Below are positions 22,801-53,290 of a stretch of 64,000 nt of DNA, piece by piece. The stretch is taken from contig NC_087437.1 in assembly GCF_036321535.1 (NCBI RefSeq), forward strand, positions 51,524,001 to 51,588,000. Direction: 5' to 3'. This DNA is from Camelus dromedarius. Taxonomy: Eukaryota. The notes below the pieces were generated by a model, which worked only from the letters and a program-made list of their open reading frames with translations, made no database searches and was not told where the DNA came from. The first letter of the stretch is position 1, and every line of letters starts with the position of its first letter. The translations under genes and the position numbers were made by a program.

Positions 22801-25517
22801 GACATCTCTTCCCAGCTCCCATATCCCCTTGACGCCTTGGGTAGAGTATAGACGTGTGGGAGACGCTGCTGTCAGAGGGGCACTCACCCTCTAATGCTAT
22901 CACCCAAGGTGAATGTTGGAGACACAGTCGCGATGCTGCCCAAGTCCCGGAGAGCCCTAACTATCCAGGAGATTGCTGCACTGGCCAGATCCTCCCTGCA
23001 TGGTATGCATCTTTTCCCATGCTTTTGACCATTTGGTCCTTTCTTCTCCCTTTTGCCCATGCCCTTGGGGACTGTATCCTGTGAGCTCTTGCTGGGATCT
23101 TCCTTTTCCTCCCTTTCTCAGCTGAATGCCAGCCCTCTCTGCCCACCCAAAGGCATATGTGGACCCTAATTACCACCACCCTTCCACTTCCCTCCCAGAT
23201 GCTCCCTGGCCTGTGCCCTTACCAGATTTCCTCACTCTGCCCCATCTCCAGGTATTTCTCAGGTGGTGAAGGACCACGTGACCAAGCCCACCGCCATGGC
23301 CCAGGGCCGAGTGGCTCACCTCATTGAGTGGAAGGGCTGGAGCAAGCCAAGTGACTCGCCTGCTGCCCTGGAATCAGCCTTTTCCTCCTATTCAGACCTC
23401 AGCGAGGGTGAACAAGAGGCTCGCTTTGCAGCAGGTGGGTACAGCAAGGGGGTCAGCCACACGTTTGTCATAGGGATGCTCGCTCTCATCTCCTTGGGCC
23501 TGATGTGGGGGTTGGAGTCTTTCCACACTCCAATGGCTCCCCTCTCCTGTGCCCAAGCCTCAGCTTTTCTCTGCTAAATGAATTCTGTGTTCTTCCTGAC
23601 AGGAGTGGCTGAGCAATTTGCCATTGCAGAAGCCAAGCTTCGGGCATGGTCTTCAGTGGATGGTGAGGACTCCACGGATGAATCCTATGATGAGGACTTT
23701 GCTGGGGGAACTGACTCAGGTGAGGGGACATCCTGTGTGAGTGCTGCCAGCTGGGGTGGAATTGCCTGATAAGCCTTGTGATTCAGAGCTAAGCGTTTGT
23801 TTTGGAAGGGGAGTTCCAGAATGTCCTCAGCCTGTGGAAGGAGGAAGGGGAGGGACAGACTCTGTCCAGGTACTTCTCGACATTCCAGAGGAAGGAGGCT
23901 GTCCATGCTTATGGGTGGGCAGTCAGCAATTGGAAATGGAGTGGTTCCTTTTCCATAGGTGCTAAGCCTCCTCTGCCGGTCTGGGAAGTTGAGCCTTGCA
24001 GTCCTTAAGAGAAAAAAAAGGCCCAGAGACCTCACTGACATCTTCTGTGCAGCTGATCTCTGGGAGGGTCTGCAGTGCCTTGCCTTTCCCTCTCAAGGCA
24101 GCCTCCTGGCTGGCTGTGGCAGCACAGCTCCTCCCGGGGCTGGGGCCCCAGACAAACAGGAAGGCTTGCTGGGCCTGGACCGCCCACAGGCCCGCTGGCT
24201 CCAGCTCAGCATCCTTGCCTTCCAGCTGAGACCTGCCTGTGGGCCTTTCCCAAGGCCAGTGCTTGCAGAGGAGACCCTGCGGGGGCCATGCAGCTGTGCA
24301 AAGGCCATCCTTTCATCTTCCATTCTCTCAACCACATGGCTGACTTTCTCTGTAGCTTCTGGACTCAAGTCTCACAGGCCACCATCCCCCCTGACCTCTT
24401 TGCCTTTGAAGATTGCCTTCACTCACCCCCACCCCTCAAGCTAATTAACAAGTTCTCCAGGGTGGGCAATACATTAGAACAAATTGGTGACTGCTGCTGT
24501 GGTCTAGAGGGGACTGATTTGGATGCTTGAGGCCAAGGTGGAGCTGTGAACCACAAGTGTTTTTGTTTGAGTTCCAGGCTTGCTTTGACCCCCAGGATAA
24601 TGATAATAACTAATATTTATCCAAGGCCACTACTAGCCCACGTGGAACCTTTGTGCAAATTAGAAAAAGGCACCCCCTTTTTGGGCAGGCACAGCCCCAT
24701 GCCAGGGCATGCTACTTGGTGAAGAGAGTGAGGGCTGAATCTCAGCCTTCACTCACTGTCTTGGACAGGTTCCCCTTGTGCAGTGAGCAACCTGCACAAC
24801 CATGTATGGTATCCCTGTATTCATTGCTTTCTTACTGTGTACCACTCTGTTATTCTCTCAACAGCCCCATAAGGTTAGAACCCTCAATTCACCATTAAGG
24901 AATCTAAGGCACCAAGAGGTTAAGTGACTTGCTCCAAGTTATCTAGCTCCCATGAGGGTGGAGTCTGGGGGACGTGGCCTTCGGGCTGGCCAGTTGACAT
25001 GGGGCTAGCAGGTCTGTCTCCTTCCTCTCCCTCTGCAGATACGGCTGGGCAGCTGCCCCTGGGGCCTCACCTCCAGGACCTCTTCACCGGCCACCGATTC
25101 TCCCGGCCTCTGCGCCAGGGCTCCGTGGAGCCCGAGAGCGACTGCTCACAGACCGTGTCCCCAGAGACCCTGTGCTCTAGTCTGTGCAGCCTGGAGGACG
25201 GGTTGCTGGGCTCCCCGGCCCGCCTGGCTTCCCAGCTGCTGGGCGACGAGCTGCTCCTCGCCAAACTGCCCCCCAGCCGGGAAAGTGCCTTCCGCAGCCT
25301 GGGCCCGTTGGAGGCCCAGGACTCGCTCTACAGCTCGCCCCTCACAGAGTCCTGCCTTTCCCCTGCCACCGAGGAGGAGCCAGCCTCCTGCAAGGACTGC
25401 CAGCCGCTCTGCCCGCCACCAGCAGGCAGCTGGGAATGGCAGCAGCAAGCCTCTGATGTAGCTTCTTCTGGGGTGGTATCCTTAGACGAGGAAGAGGTGG
25501 AGCCAGAGGAACAGTGA
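19849..25517 (+). CDS. FAM131A: Protein FAM131A (367 aa, MPMISVLGK... isoform)
   Basis: Exons 19849-19936, 20536-20678, 22909-23002, 23252-23434, 23603-23719, 25039-25517 (TGA), total 1104 nt. FAM131 core [24 protein letters not shown]...[14 protein letters not shown]. Confidence 0.95.
21808..22540 (-). mobile_element. LINE-2 fragment
   Basis: 'cattcattcag...gtaccaggcactgtgcta...gcagtga' L2 3'-end signature. Boundaries approximate. Confidence 0.6.
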
Positions 25518-26732
25518 CCCAAATCATGCCCGGTGGTGGCATGTGTCCCCTGGCTGCTGCTGGGGACAGAGCCTCCGTGCCCCAGCTCGGGTGAGGCTTC
25601 CAGCAGAGCTTCAAAGCCTGGAGGGCTCCTGGGAGCACTCACTCCGTTGTGTGTTTTGCATGAAAGTGTTCCAGAGGACGCAGGGGCCAGGCTGGGGGCG
25701 CATGTCCTGCCCCCACTCCTGGGGTTTGCCGGGGTTTGCCTGGGGCCCCTGGGGCATGGCTACAGCTGTGGCAGACAGTGATGTTCATGTTCTTAAATCA
25801 AAAACACCACGTACACATTTTCTCCTCAGATGATGTGAACCCCTAAGGGGGCGGTTGTGACTGGGCTGTGTGGGGTAGAGCGGGAGGGAGCCTGGCCTCC
25901 CCTGCCCCGTCCTCCTGCCTCTCTTCTCTGCTTCTCTCCTCACCTCCGAGTCCATGTGCAGTGCTTGGCAGAATCATCCCCTCCAGGGTGGCCGGCTCTG
26001 ACCCTCCAGGAGCGGACAGATTGAGCCACCCCTCGAGGGCCCCTTGCCCACCTGGGCTCGTGCTGTGCTTCACCTCTCCATCGTCTCTAAATCTTCTTTT
26101 TCCTAAAGAGGGGTATGGTCTGTTCTTTCAGTGGAATCTTCTCTGGGAGGCATCAGAATGATGAAAGCCTGTACTCTCTTGGTCCTTTTCCTGGCCCCTG
26201 TGATGGGGTCTGGGCCCTTTCCCAGCCCCTTGTGGGACACAGGGGCAGGATCCTGGGGCCTCACAGCCAGCAGGCTGCCCCATTCACTCAGAGCTCTCTT
26301 TAGGGTGGTGGCATTGGAAGAAGGGATGGCTCTGGTTGCCAGAGTGGAGATTTGGATGTTCTTCTGGAGAGGGCCACAAGGGGGCCACACAGTGGCCGGG
26401 CAGTTGTCTGCAGGAGTTGTGCCAACGAGGGACAGTCCTGAGGAGTGTCTCTCCTCAGGGAGGAAAGAAGGTAGTGCCTTTCTTGGCTGAATGAAAGGAC
26501 AAAACTACCTTTCTAGGGGCCTCTGCCCCAGCCAGGGTATTGATGAACAAATGGTGATGGCCACTGCAGATCCTGCATTCCATGGACTGCGGGCTCTGGA
26601 GTGTTACAGCCGTGGTGGGTGTGGGTGGCTGCTGAAATTTGGAGCCTTGTAGGCTTTGGCAGGTGAGAGGGCCCAAGGTAAGAACAGAGCTGATGGGCAC
26701 AGGCATTCTATATATAAGTGGCTCATTAGGTG

Positions 26733-26768
26733 TTTATTTTGTTCTATTTAAGAATTTGTTTTATTAAA
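26733..26768. terminator. Convergent polyA signals of CLCN2 (-) and FAM131A (+)
   Basis: Minus-strand AATAAA at 26733-26738 and 26760-26765. Plus-strand ATTAAA at 26763-26768. Confidence 0.75.
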
Positions 26769-27080
26769 TTAATATAAAAATCTTTGTAAATCTCTATATA
26801 CATCTGGTCATTGGAGGTTCCAGTATAAACCCATCTTAGTTCTACCCCTTCCCCCCTCAAAGGGGGAGCAGGGGTCACGTGACCCTTTCCCCATCCTGCT
26901 GGGCAGTGCTGATCTTCCTGCCCTTGGGACACTTGCTGCAGGTAGGCACTGGGTCAGATTCCAGGTAGGATGAGCCACGAGAAGCTAGCACCCCACGTCT
27001 GGAAGCGGGGCTGGTGCTCCCACTTTCCCAAGGCAGGAGGAACAGGAGAGGTGTAGGATCCGGGCTGCCCTTCCAGGGGA

Positions 27081-40894
<13,814 letters not shown>

Positions 40895-42699
40895 CTCCGC
40901 TCACAGCCCTCTGGCCTCCCGCGGCGGCTCGGGCTCTGGCCCGGACTCGACTCCCGACCCGCGGAGCCTGCGCCCACACCCGTCCCGTTCCCGCAGCCCG
41001 GACGGCCGAGTGCAGAGTGTGGCGGGCCCCGGGCGGGCGCCGCTGGCGGAGCCTCCCGCTCGCGTCCCCTCCTCGGCGGGCGGGCCGAGGGCGGTGCCCT
41101 CCGTGCTGCTCCGCCCGCCGGCCCATCCACAGGAGCCGGCCTAGCCCGGCCGGGGTCCAGGTTGGGGCCGCCTCCCAGGCTCCGGAGAGGCAGCAGGGGG
41201 CGCTTGGAACGCGCGAGCCCGCGCCCGCTCTCCGCAGAGGCCGGTGATTGAAGAGGGGAGTCCGGGGCCAGAGCCGAGGCGGGTCCTCCAGCACGTGCAG
41301 GGGCCTGGCCAGGCCGGGTCTGCGGCTCCCTGCGCCTGGGCGGGAGGGGACTGAAGATGCCGGGCCCAGTAAGGCCTGAGCCCGGGGGCTGCAGAGCCGT
41401 CTCAATCAGACTTTGGGGCCCAATCTCTCTCTCAGGAGTGGCTCCCTCTCTTGCTTCTCCGGCGGGGCCAATGGCCCAGACCAGCTTGGCCTGGCCCCTC
41501 TGCTCCGTCGAGGGGTGAGAAACAAAACTAGAGGGACTTGGAGGGGGACGCTAGGCCCAGAAGGGGGTGCTTGGAACTGGGACCCTCGGTCTTTCTCACC
41601 CCCTTCCTTTCTCCTTCCCTTCTTTGCGGCTCCCCCAGGGAGCAATCTGGCCGGCAGAGTGTGCGGGGGCGGGGTGGTGGGTGGAGGTGGGGAGGGAACG
41701 GCAAGGGGTGAGGCCAGAGGGAAGGGAGGTCTAGGTGCCAAGGAGGCCGCTCCTGGGAGGCGGGCGTGGTGGAACAGAGGTCGTTTCTCCCTGACAAGGC
41801 CCAAGGAGAAACCCGAGTAGCTGCTGACATCTAGCCGCCATCGGGGAACAGTCTGCTGGGGCTCTGTGTTCTCCATCAGGGTCGGGAGAACGATAGAGCA
41901 GAGGGTGGGGTAAGCGCAAGGTGGATGGACAGTGTCAGAGATAGTGTCAGGGGAGAGGCCGGTGCCCAGGAAACAGGCAGTGTGGGAAGGAGGCAGTTCC
42001 AGGGTGAATGGGCACGTGGGAGGCAGAGGGGGTTCCCAGGAGGAGGAAGTAGTGACCAGGAAGGGGGCAATGTGAGAACCACCACCCTAGAGGAACGGGA
42101 AATGTAAAGGAAGAGGTAGTATCCGTAGGAGAGGACAGTGCCAGGATGAAGGGGCTCATAGGAGATCAGTGTCCAGAGAGGGCTCTGGTAGGGGTAAAGG
42201 CAGAACCTTGCTGAAGAGGCAGTGCTTGAGGAGGGCAGTGTGAAGGGGTTAATGCCATGCTGAAGGGGCGGTGCGAGGGAGGAGAGCAAGGGTGAGGAGG
42301 GTGCAATACCAGGGGAGGGGACAGTGCAGGCTTTCCTTTTTCTCATGGTAATATCATGGCAAATTCCCAAACTGGATGGACCCAGCTCGGGTAACACCCA
42401 GCTGGGCCGAGCCGGCCCTGGCCGGCCTGGGGGGGCCTCGGTGCCAGCTGGAGGGGCTGGGTACTGCGCCCTGCCGGGAGCAGGGTTCTGCTCCGCTCGC
42501 CCTTCGCGCGGACTGTGGCCTCGGCAGGCTCGCTGACCGGCAGGGTAGGGCCAGGGCTGGGCTTCTCTGGGCCAGAGATCAAGGTCCCTGGCTGGGATAG
42601 GCCCCCAAGCATTCCAGTCTTCCTGACCCGGCTTCTGAAGAGGGCGCAGTAGAGCCTCCGGAGAGAACGTGCCACCACGCCACCTCGGCCGGGGGTGGG

Positions 42700-46090
<3,391 letters not shown>

Positions 46091-46302
46091 ACCACCCGGA
46101 AGCCAACCTTGCTGCTCAGTCACTCAGGTCATGGATATTCGTTCAAGCCCAAGGAGCAGTCGCTCTTGTTTACCTGTTTTCTGTCCACTGTGGCTGCATC
46201 TTTAGGAGGTCTGGACTCAACGGGAAACCGACTTGCTTGTGAAAGACTCAATGGGAGAGCTTAAAAGGAATCAGAAGTTGTTTCATGTGGATGCTTTTTA
46301 AA

Positions 46303-46308
46303 ATTAAA
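46303..46308 (+). terminator. POLR2H polyA signal ATTAAA
   Basis: ATTAAA ~210 nt after the stop, followed by T-rich sequence. Confidence 0.65.
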
Positions 46309-49300
46309 CTTTACTTTCTCAGACTCTTTCCCCTTCCTTTTTAAAAAAATTTTTTCCATTTACTTTAAAATCATTTTTTCCAGTTTGTGTACGGTACATC
46401 ATGTTTCTGGCCCACCGCCAGATGTTCACATGTCAGGTAGGATCTATCAACCTCTTGTATCTGGGTTGAGGGTTGTCTCAGCCTGCTGGCTGACTACCTC
46501 CAGCATCTGTCCTCCAATGTGATTTTCTATCTGGGAGACAGTATTGTACTTTTGTCTCCTGAGGGCACCCCAGGCCGGAAGATACCACCCATTTGGCATA
46601 GAATTTTGAATAGGCAAGGAGCCCTGCTGTGTCCTTCCAACCCTTTCCATTGCTTAGGAAGTCAGAGCACGTTGACTTGAATGAGTCACTTGCATAGCCT
46701 GGAAATGTTCATCATTCTTATGGAAGCTTTGGGTTGAGGCTTTTAGACTCAGGCATGGGACACGACTCTGAAGAGGAGAGGAAGAGCAATTTGGTGGTTA
46801 TGGAAGCAGGTGGAGGAGCTAGCTCTCTGCTCTACATTCTGGTGCTGACCTGGAGGGAGGGTAAGTGGTGGTGGTTTTTACCAGTGACACTGAATGGGGA
46901 GCTGCCGTGCAGACCACTGAAGTGGACAGGGCAGCAATACCGATGAGGTTGGCAGTCCAGTGCCAGTGCCCAGGACAATACAACAGCCTGACTGCAGTCA
47001 CTAATTTAAAAGTGGGGGGAGAACAAAGTTGAGGAAATGGTGGTGCTTACAAGGGAAGCCCAGGGTAACAATCTAGAAAGATTGTGAGTGTGTATTAAGC
47101 AGTTGTCTTTTTTGCTCTCCTGGTTTTGCCATGGAGCTGGTCCTCCTGCTGGGATGCCTGGGGTATTTCCTTCCCTATCATTTTCAGGTCTTTACATCAG
47201 GTGTTAGAAATAGTATTTAGGGAAATGGGTTGAAAATGAATGGCCTCTGCAGGGGGGAGGAAAAGGTGTTTCTTTTGCTTTACTGTGGGGTGGGGGTGAT
47301 GGGAGAGGGAAATAGGAGATGAAGTGGGGGTGGGGATGAATTTTTATGGAATCCTAGAACCTTTCCCTGCCGTCAGATTTTCTTGCAGGGGTTGGAGAAG
47401 AATAGATTTAGGTTAGAGTGAACCTAATTACCAATAATAGTTTGAGGAGTGGCAGAGCAGACTGTCTTGCTGCCCCGGGTGACAGAAGGAAGAGAACTGA
47501 CGTACAGTTGAATAGAGATAAGAGTGTTCTTGTAACAGTTTTTGTCATTTCTATAAAGGGAAGAAGGGACACAGTCAGCCAGACAGAATGATTTGGGAAC
47601 AGGTTAGGTCCTCCATAGGGGCAGCTTCACACTGGAGAAGCCTGTGAGTTATTTGCATTTGCCCTGGGGTAAGTCAAATGCCTGTACTGGATGCCTGGAA
47701 CTTTCTGGCTACATAGTTCTTGCAGTTTTTGCCTCTCATCTGACTGTGCTGAGAGCCCTTAATTCTGTGTCTCTGGTCCTTTTGACATATTTCGTCCTGG
47801 GTACTGGCTTTCAGGTGCCATAAGTATTTCATTTGATTGTTAGATATAACTTACTTTAGTCTTTAGTCTTTCAGTAAATTAAAAGGTCCACTTGCCACTC
47901 CATTGAGTGCAGCTGGAATGTGTAGTGTGGATGAACTGATTCTCTTCCATGCAGAAACTGACACCACCTGAGATTTGGACAGCACTTTTGAGCTTTGCGC
48001 ATTTGTTGATTTTTTTTCTCTATGGCAACTGTTCTGTCTGTGACTGGAGTGGGGGACACCTGGAGATGTCCAAATTGGTCACCTGCACCAAGAGCTTTCG
48101 TTTTCAACGCAGAACTCTTTAACTGTTGATGTGTTGACTTCCTAAGGATTTGGAGATCTTTCCCAATAAATAGAGTCACTAACTGATACAGTGGACAGTG
48201 CACCACACTGGGGAGAGTATGGGCTCCAGACTAAGTCAGCCTAGGGTGTTTCTTTACCTGCTCACAGGCTGTGAAACCACTGGGAACTTGCCTGGCTTCT
48301 CTGAGTCCATTTTCTCATCTGTAAGGTAGAGATGAGGGTACCCACCTTACAGAGACGTGCGTGTTAAAAAAGGTAATGTACATAAGGTTCCTGGCACACT
48401 GGCTTTCATTCTGTTTTGGAATGCCTTTAATGATCCTGGGGGTATTTGTGGCAGTGTTTGGAACCCTAGGTTCCTGGCTCCTCTTCCTACATGGTAGCTT
48501 TTCCTCTCCTTTGGGGAGTTGAGGTGGGAGAAGAAAAAGTTTCCATTAGTTTTGCTACAGGAGCCTCTGGAGGTAGCACTGAACTCTGCAATAGAGTTTT
48601 TATTTGGGGCAGTAGAGATCTCTTCCTAAGCACCAAGATGGCATTTGTTTGCAAAGCCCCATAAGCCTGATGTCTTTTCTAGAGATCCCCTGACAGAGTT
48701 TATGTGGTCACATAGGGCCGCATTTTAGATGTGGTGCACTTCTAGGAACTGGGAAATGAGACTTCAACTTGTACTTGACGTGTACTTGTCCCTCCTGCTG
48801 TGTGAACCCTAGGAAACGGACTCATGCCACTTCCTGCACTTCCCCCTGACCTCCACAGGAGGGAGGCAGGAACCCATGCCTGGTGCAGCTCCCTGCTGAG
48901 CTGCTGAAGCACTGGCTGTTTGCTCAGCTGTCACATCTATGTCTTGTCTCGACTGACCTGTCTGCACAGCCTTACCTGGGGTGTGAGGCTCTCCAGAGTT
49001 TCCTGTTAGCTTTTCCTCAGGCAGGGGGAGATCTGTTGACCCCACAAGAAGAACATCTTCCCCTTGCTTTTCAGGTAGCTCTTGGGTGCTCTCATTTTTT
49101 CTTTATTTACACAGGCTCAGTTTTATCTATTGTGTAGGGACAACCTTTCCCAGATACAACTTCTCATTCATTTCTCAAGAGTAAGGATCTCCTAAGAAAA
49201 AGCGATCAGAGCCCCATTAAGAACAATATAGTAAAAGTAAAGAGACTAACCTTAGTTCAGAGCAGAAAATCAAAACTCATTTTCTCTGACAGAGAAGCTC

Positions 49301-49572
49301 AGTCAGTCTCTACCTCTGTTCAGAAGCCAGGCTAGTCCAGGCCTTTGCAGAATTATTTTATGAAAAAAGAACACAAGAGAACTAGTAAGTTGTACATTTG
49401 TGCAGAATATAGACAAGAGGTAACTGGCTGCCCTGGTAGATATTATTGATAGTTTAAAAAAAAATAGCTTCTGAAGTTTTATGATATATAGTAAAAAAAA
49501 TTCTACTTTCTCTGTCTTACATGTCTCCCTTTACCAGAGCTTTGGTTTCAGGCAAAAGCAGGAAATCTGGTG

Positions 49573-49893
49573 CAGGCATACCTCGGAGATATTGTGGGTT
49601 CGGTTCCAGACCATTGGAATAAAGTGAATATCACAATAAAGCGAGTCACAGGAATCTTTTTGGTTTCCCAGTGCATATAAAAGTTATGTTTACACGATGT
49701 TGTAGTCTATTAAAGAGTGCAATAGCATTATGTCTAAAAAAGCAATGTATATACCTTCATTAAAAATACTTTATTGCTAAAAAATGCTAACCATGATCTG
49801 ACAACACAAGGTTGCCACAAACCTTCAATTTGTAAAAAATGCAGTATCTGTAAAGCACAATAAAATGAAGCGCCATAAAATGAGGTATGCCTG
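49573..49893 (-). mobile_element. Internally deleted Tigger1-family (TcMar) MITE in THPO 3'UTR
   Basis: Perfect 12-bp TIR CAGGCATACCTC at both ends. Minus strand begins with Tigger1-type caggcatacctcattttat...tttttacaaattgaaggtttgtggcaacc. TA TSD decayed (tg/tc). Confidence 0.85.
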
Positions 49894-49982
49894 TCTAGCT
49901 GCAGTTGTGTCCCAATGCCTCTCCTCTGAGTAAGGGGATTGTATGTGGGAGGCAATGCTGAGGTTGGCAGTGCCTGAGTACC

Positions 49983-52900
49983 TTACTCTCCCTGAGACAG
50001 ATTCCGGAAGTGAGGATGGGCTGCAACTAGAAGAGGACTGGTAGAGTTGGGTGTGATAGCAGAGGGGTCAGGAAGGAGGGGTTGGAGCTGGACCATGGGG
50101 ATGGGTAAGGGGGGTGAAGGAGAGAAGAGGGTGTATTGTCCAGGAGGAGGATGGGCTGGGGAAGGAGAATCTCCAGGCTGAAGGTAGGGTGGTGGGGAGC
50201 CCATGTCTGAAGTTCCTAGAGGAATTCCCGGGGCTCCTAGGGCCCTGGAGGAGGGTCCAGGAAAGAGTCCATGAATCCCATTCAAGGGTCTGTGTGTCCT
50301 GTTCAGGTGTCCAGGGATTCGGCCTGAAGACCTGGATGTTTGGTTTAGTAGACTGGGAATCTTGGCTATGAATCCCTGCAGTCTCTTCAGAAGTCCAGAG
50401 CCAGTAGTTCTGGCTGAGACACTGGAGTTTGTCTCCAGCAATCCAAAAGTCCTGTTTGGGAGCTTGTTCAGGGTGAGGAATGGAGAGGTGCTGCTCAGGA
50501 CAGCTGTGGCGGGTGGGGCCCGCTTGGCACAGAGGGTGGGCCCCATTACAAGCAGCAGGAAACGCACCTTTCCTCGGAGCAGTTGTTGGAAGCTCAGGAA
50601 GATGGCACTGGGATCCTTGTGAGCTGTGGTCCTGCCCTGTGGAGGAAGCTGAGGGCAGAGGATGGGCCTGAGGCCAGAGAACTGCACCAGATATCATGCC
50701 TCCTGGTCTATGTGGGAAAGATAAGGTACCAGCACCCAGGTTTTGTGGCTGGGAGAGAGCACCCCTTAGCAGGTCAGCTCTTCCACCCTCAAGATTTCTA
50801 GAATTCCCCTTTCTTCCCTCAGGTCTTCTAAGGGGAGTCAGAAAAGAAAGACAGTTTCTGTAGCTGCCTTGACTGGGACTTACCTGGGTTCCAAGGAGGC
50901 CCTGTAGGGCCCCAAGGAGGAGGCGGACCTGTCCAGAAAGCTGCACCAGCAGGGATGAGAGGCAGCTGGGTCCCAGTTGTCCCCGTGCTGCCATCACTGC
51001 CTCCAGCAGAAGGGTCGCCGCTCCCAGAACGTCCTGTGCCTTGGTCTGCTCCTGGAAAGAGATGGAGGAGAGAAGCGGACAGCTTCAAAGGGTATGCTAA
51101 TAGTGGGTGGGGAGCCTGTAGGAGTAGCCAGCAGAATGAATCATAGGAGCTGAGAATTGGACAGGACCAAGGTCCCACCCAGCACAGGAATTCCTTCACA
51201 GTCTCCCGACAATTGGTCATCAGCCTCTGCTTGAATAACTCCAGTGTCCAGTAACCCAGCCTGGTCTTACACTTAATTCCAGTCAGAAAAGCTTTTATCC
51301 CCCCTCACATTGTGCTGAAATCTGTCCTATTGTAGCTTTTACCTCCTGGTTCTAGTGTTGCAAATCTACTCTATCTGCTACAAAATCTTAGGGTCATATG
51401 ATTTTTTGAAAACTCAATGTAGAGTTGAGACCATCATAAAGATTATAAAGATAAAGGGATGGGGGGGCTTACTGATAAATGATGGAGCTGGAACTATAAG
51501 AGATCCCTAGCAATTGCCCTTCTTTCACCCAGGACTCCAGAAGACCTGAGGGCAGAAAGGGAATTCTAGGGATCTTGAGGGTAGAAGAGCTGGCTTTCCA
51601 AGGAGCACTCCCTCCCAGGAGGTTTTCTGAGTGTCAGGCTAAAGCACTTCATGCTCTACCACAAGACTGCCCCTCTTCTCCAAGCTAATCACACAAGCTG
51701 CATTATTTTTTTAACTGTTCCTCACATAACATATTTTCTAATCTCTTACTGTTCAGGTTGCTTCCTCCTTTTGGAAACATGCTAGTTTAATACAGTTCCT
51801 CTGAAGAAATGAGCATGTGTCTAAAAGAGGCTGGCTAGTACTCAGCACAGTACTTTAAGTGCAGTCCACTTGGAATAGTTTTACAGGAATGTTTCTGTAA
51901 TGTGGATGTTAAACATCTAAAGCTACCTAGAATCCCTAGCTTTTTAAGTAGCTGCTTCGATAATGTCATTACAATGCTAATTTGGGGATCAATTTAACCC
52001 TCCCAGATATTTTTCATAGTAAGTACTAGGGCTAGAAGTTTATAAGAGGGAAGCAGGAGCACTGTGGCCTGAAAGCTGGAGTAGGACTTTATTCAGTTAC
52101 TTGATATGTTGAATTTTGTATACATCTCTGCTAAATTCCACCTTGTTTTCAACCTAGCCTTTTAGCAGTTTGAACCTCAATTCTGTTTTTTTTTTAATTT
52201 TAGCTATACTCTCCAGTTTTGTGTCATCTGAGGACAACAGATCATCTTACTTCTTCATGCTAGCTTAAGAAGATTGAACGGAAATAGGTCAAAGGCATGG
52301 CCATAAGAGACTTCTATCTTGCTTTTCATGGTAGTCAGCTTTGACTCTATTTAACATACTGGACCACAAGCCATCATCTTGTCCAGAGGATATCCCCATA
52401 GCAGAATGTAGATTGGGTTAGAATGGCCAAGCTGAAGGTGAGATCTTTTTAGGGAGCTCAGGAATTTTGAAGAATCCATGGGAAGCAGTCGGAAACAGAT
52501 GAAGACAGGACTAGGGAAACCAAGGGAAAGGATGGCTTTCTTACCGTCTGGGTTTTCCATTCTCCCAAGCTGAAGTCCACAGCAGGCAGCAGGACAGGTG
52601 TGGACAAAGGGTTAATGTCTGGGCACTGGCTCTGTTGGAAAAGATTGGTGGAGGGGTGGTGGAGAGGGAGCTGAAATAGAGGGGGGTATGGTGGCCCAAT
52701 AACCAGGATAGGCTTCTAAGAGTAATATAACCAGACGAGAGCTTTTAAAAGAGGGTTTGATTGTAAACCACAATCATTGTCAACATGTGGTGATCAGGGG
52801 GTGGTGGTCTTACCAAAGACTACTGGGAGAGTAGTGATTGGATCAGGGGGTGAGAGGAAGTGATGGGAGTGAGGGTATCTCACTAGGTAGGTGGATAGAG

Positions 52901-53290
52901 GGGAGAGTGCTTGGGGATTCTCACCAGTCTGCTGTGAAGGACGTGGGAGTCACGAAGCAGTTTATTTAGTAGTCGGGGGTCACAAGCAGGAGGAGCCGGG
53001 CTGGACAAAGTTAGTCTTGCAGTTAGGAGAAGTATGACCACGAGGAGCAATTCTTAAATGAAGAGATGTGAAGTTGAAAGGGGTGGATAAGGAAGAAATT
53101 ATTGTTGGGTGGTGGCCCAGGAATTCCCACTTAGGACCCAGACCTGAAATCCAGGGAATGTGCCCCTCAGAGACCTTCTTCCTGGGAAATGGGACCCCCA
53201 CCCCCACCCCCATCTCCTTTCTCTTTCCCCTCCACCAAGTTCTGATTTAGCCCTAGTTCTCTCAAGGCTGTTCTTACCAGTCAGCTCCAT
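49983..53290 (-). CDS. THPO: Thrombopoietin precursor, 353 aa
   Basis: Exons 53278-53290, 52925-53052, 52545-52631, 50884-51051, 49983-50648, total 1062 nt. Signal peptide [21 protein letters not shown], mature N-terminus [23 protein letters not shown]-like domain and glycan domain. Confidence 0.98.
51220..52400. mobile_element. Old LINE (L3/CR1-like) fragments in a THPO intron
   Basis: Motifs such as 'cagcctctgcttgaataactccagtg', 'ctcttctccaagcta' and 'ttttgtgtcatctg' resemble CR1/L3. Boundaries uncertain. Confidence 0.4.
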
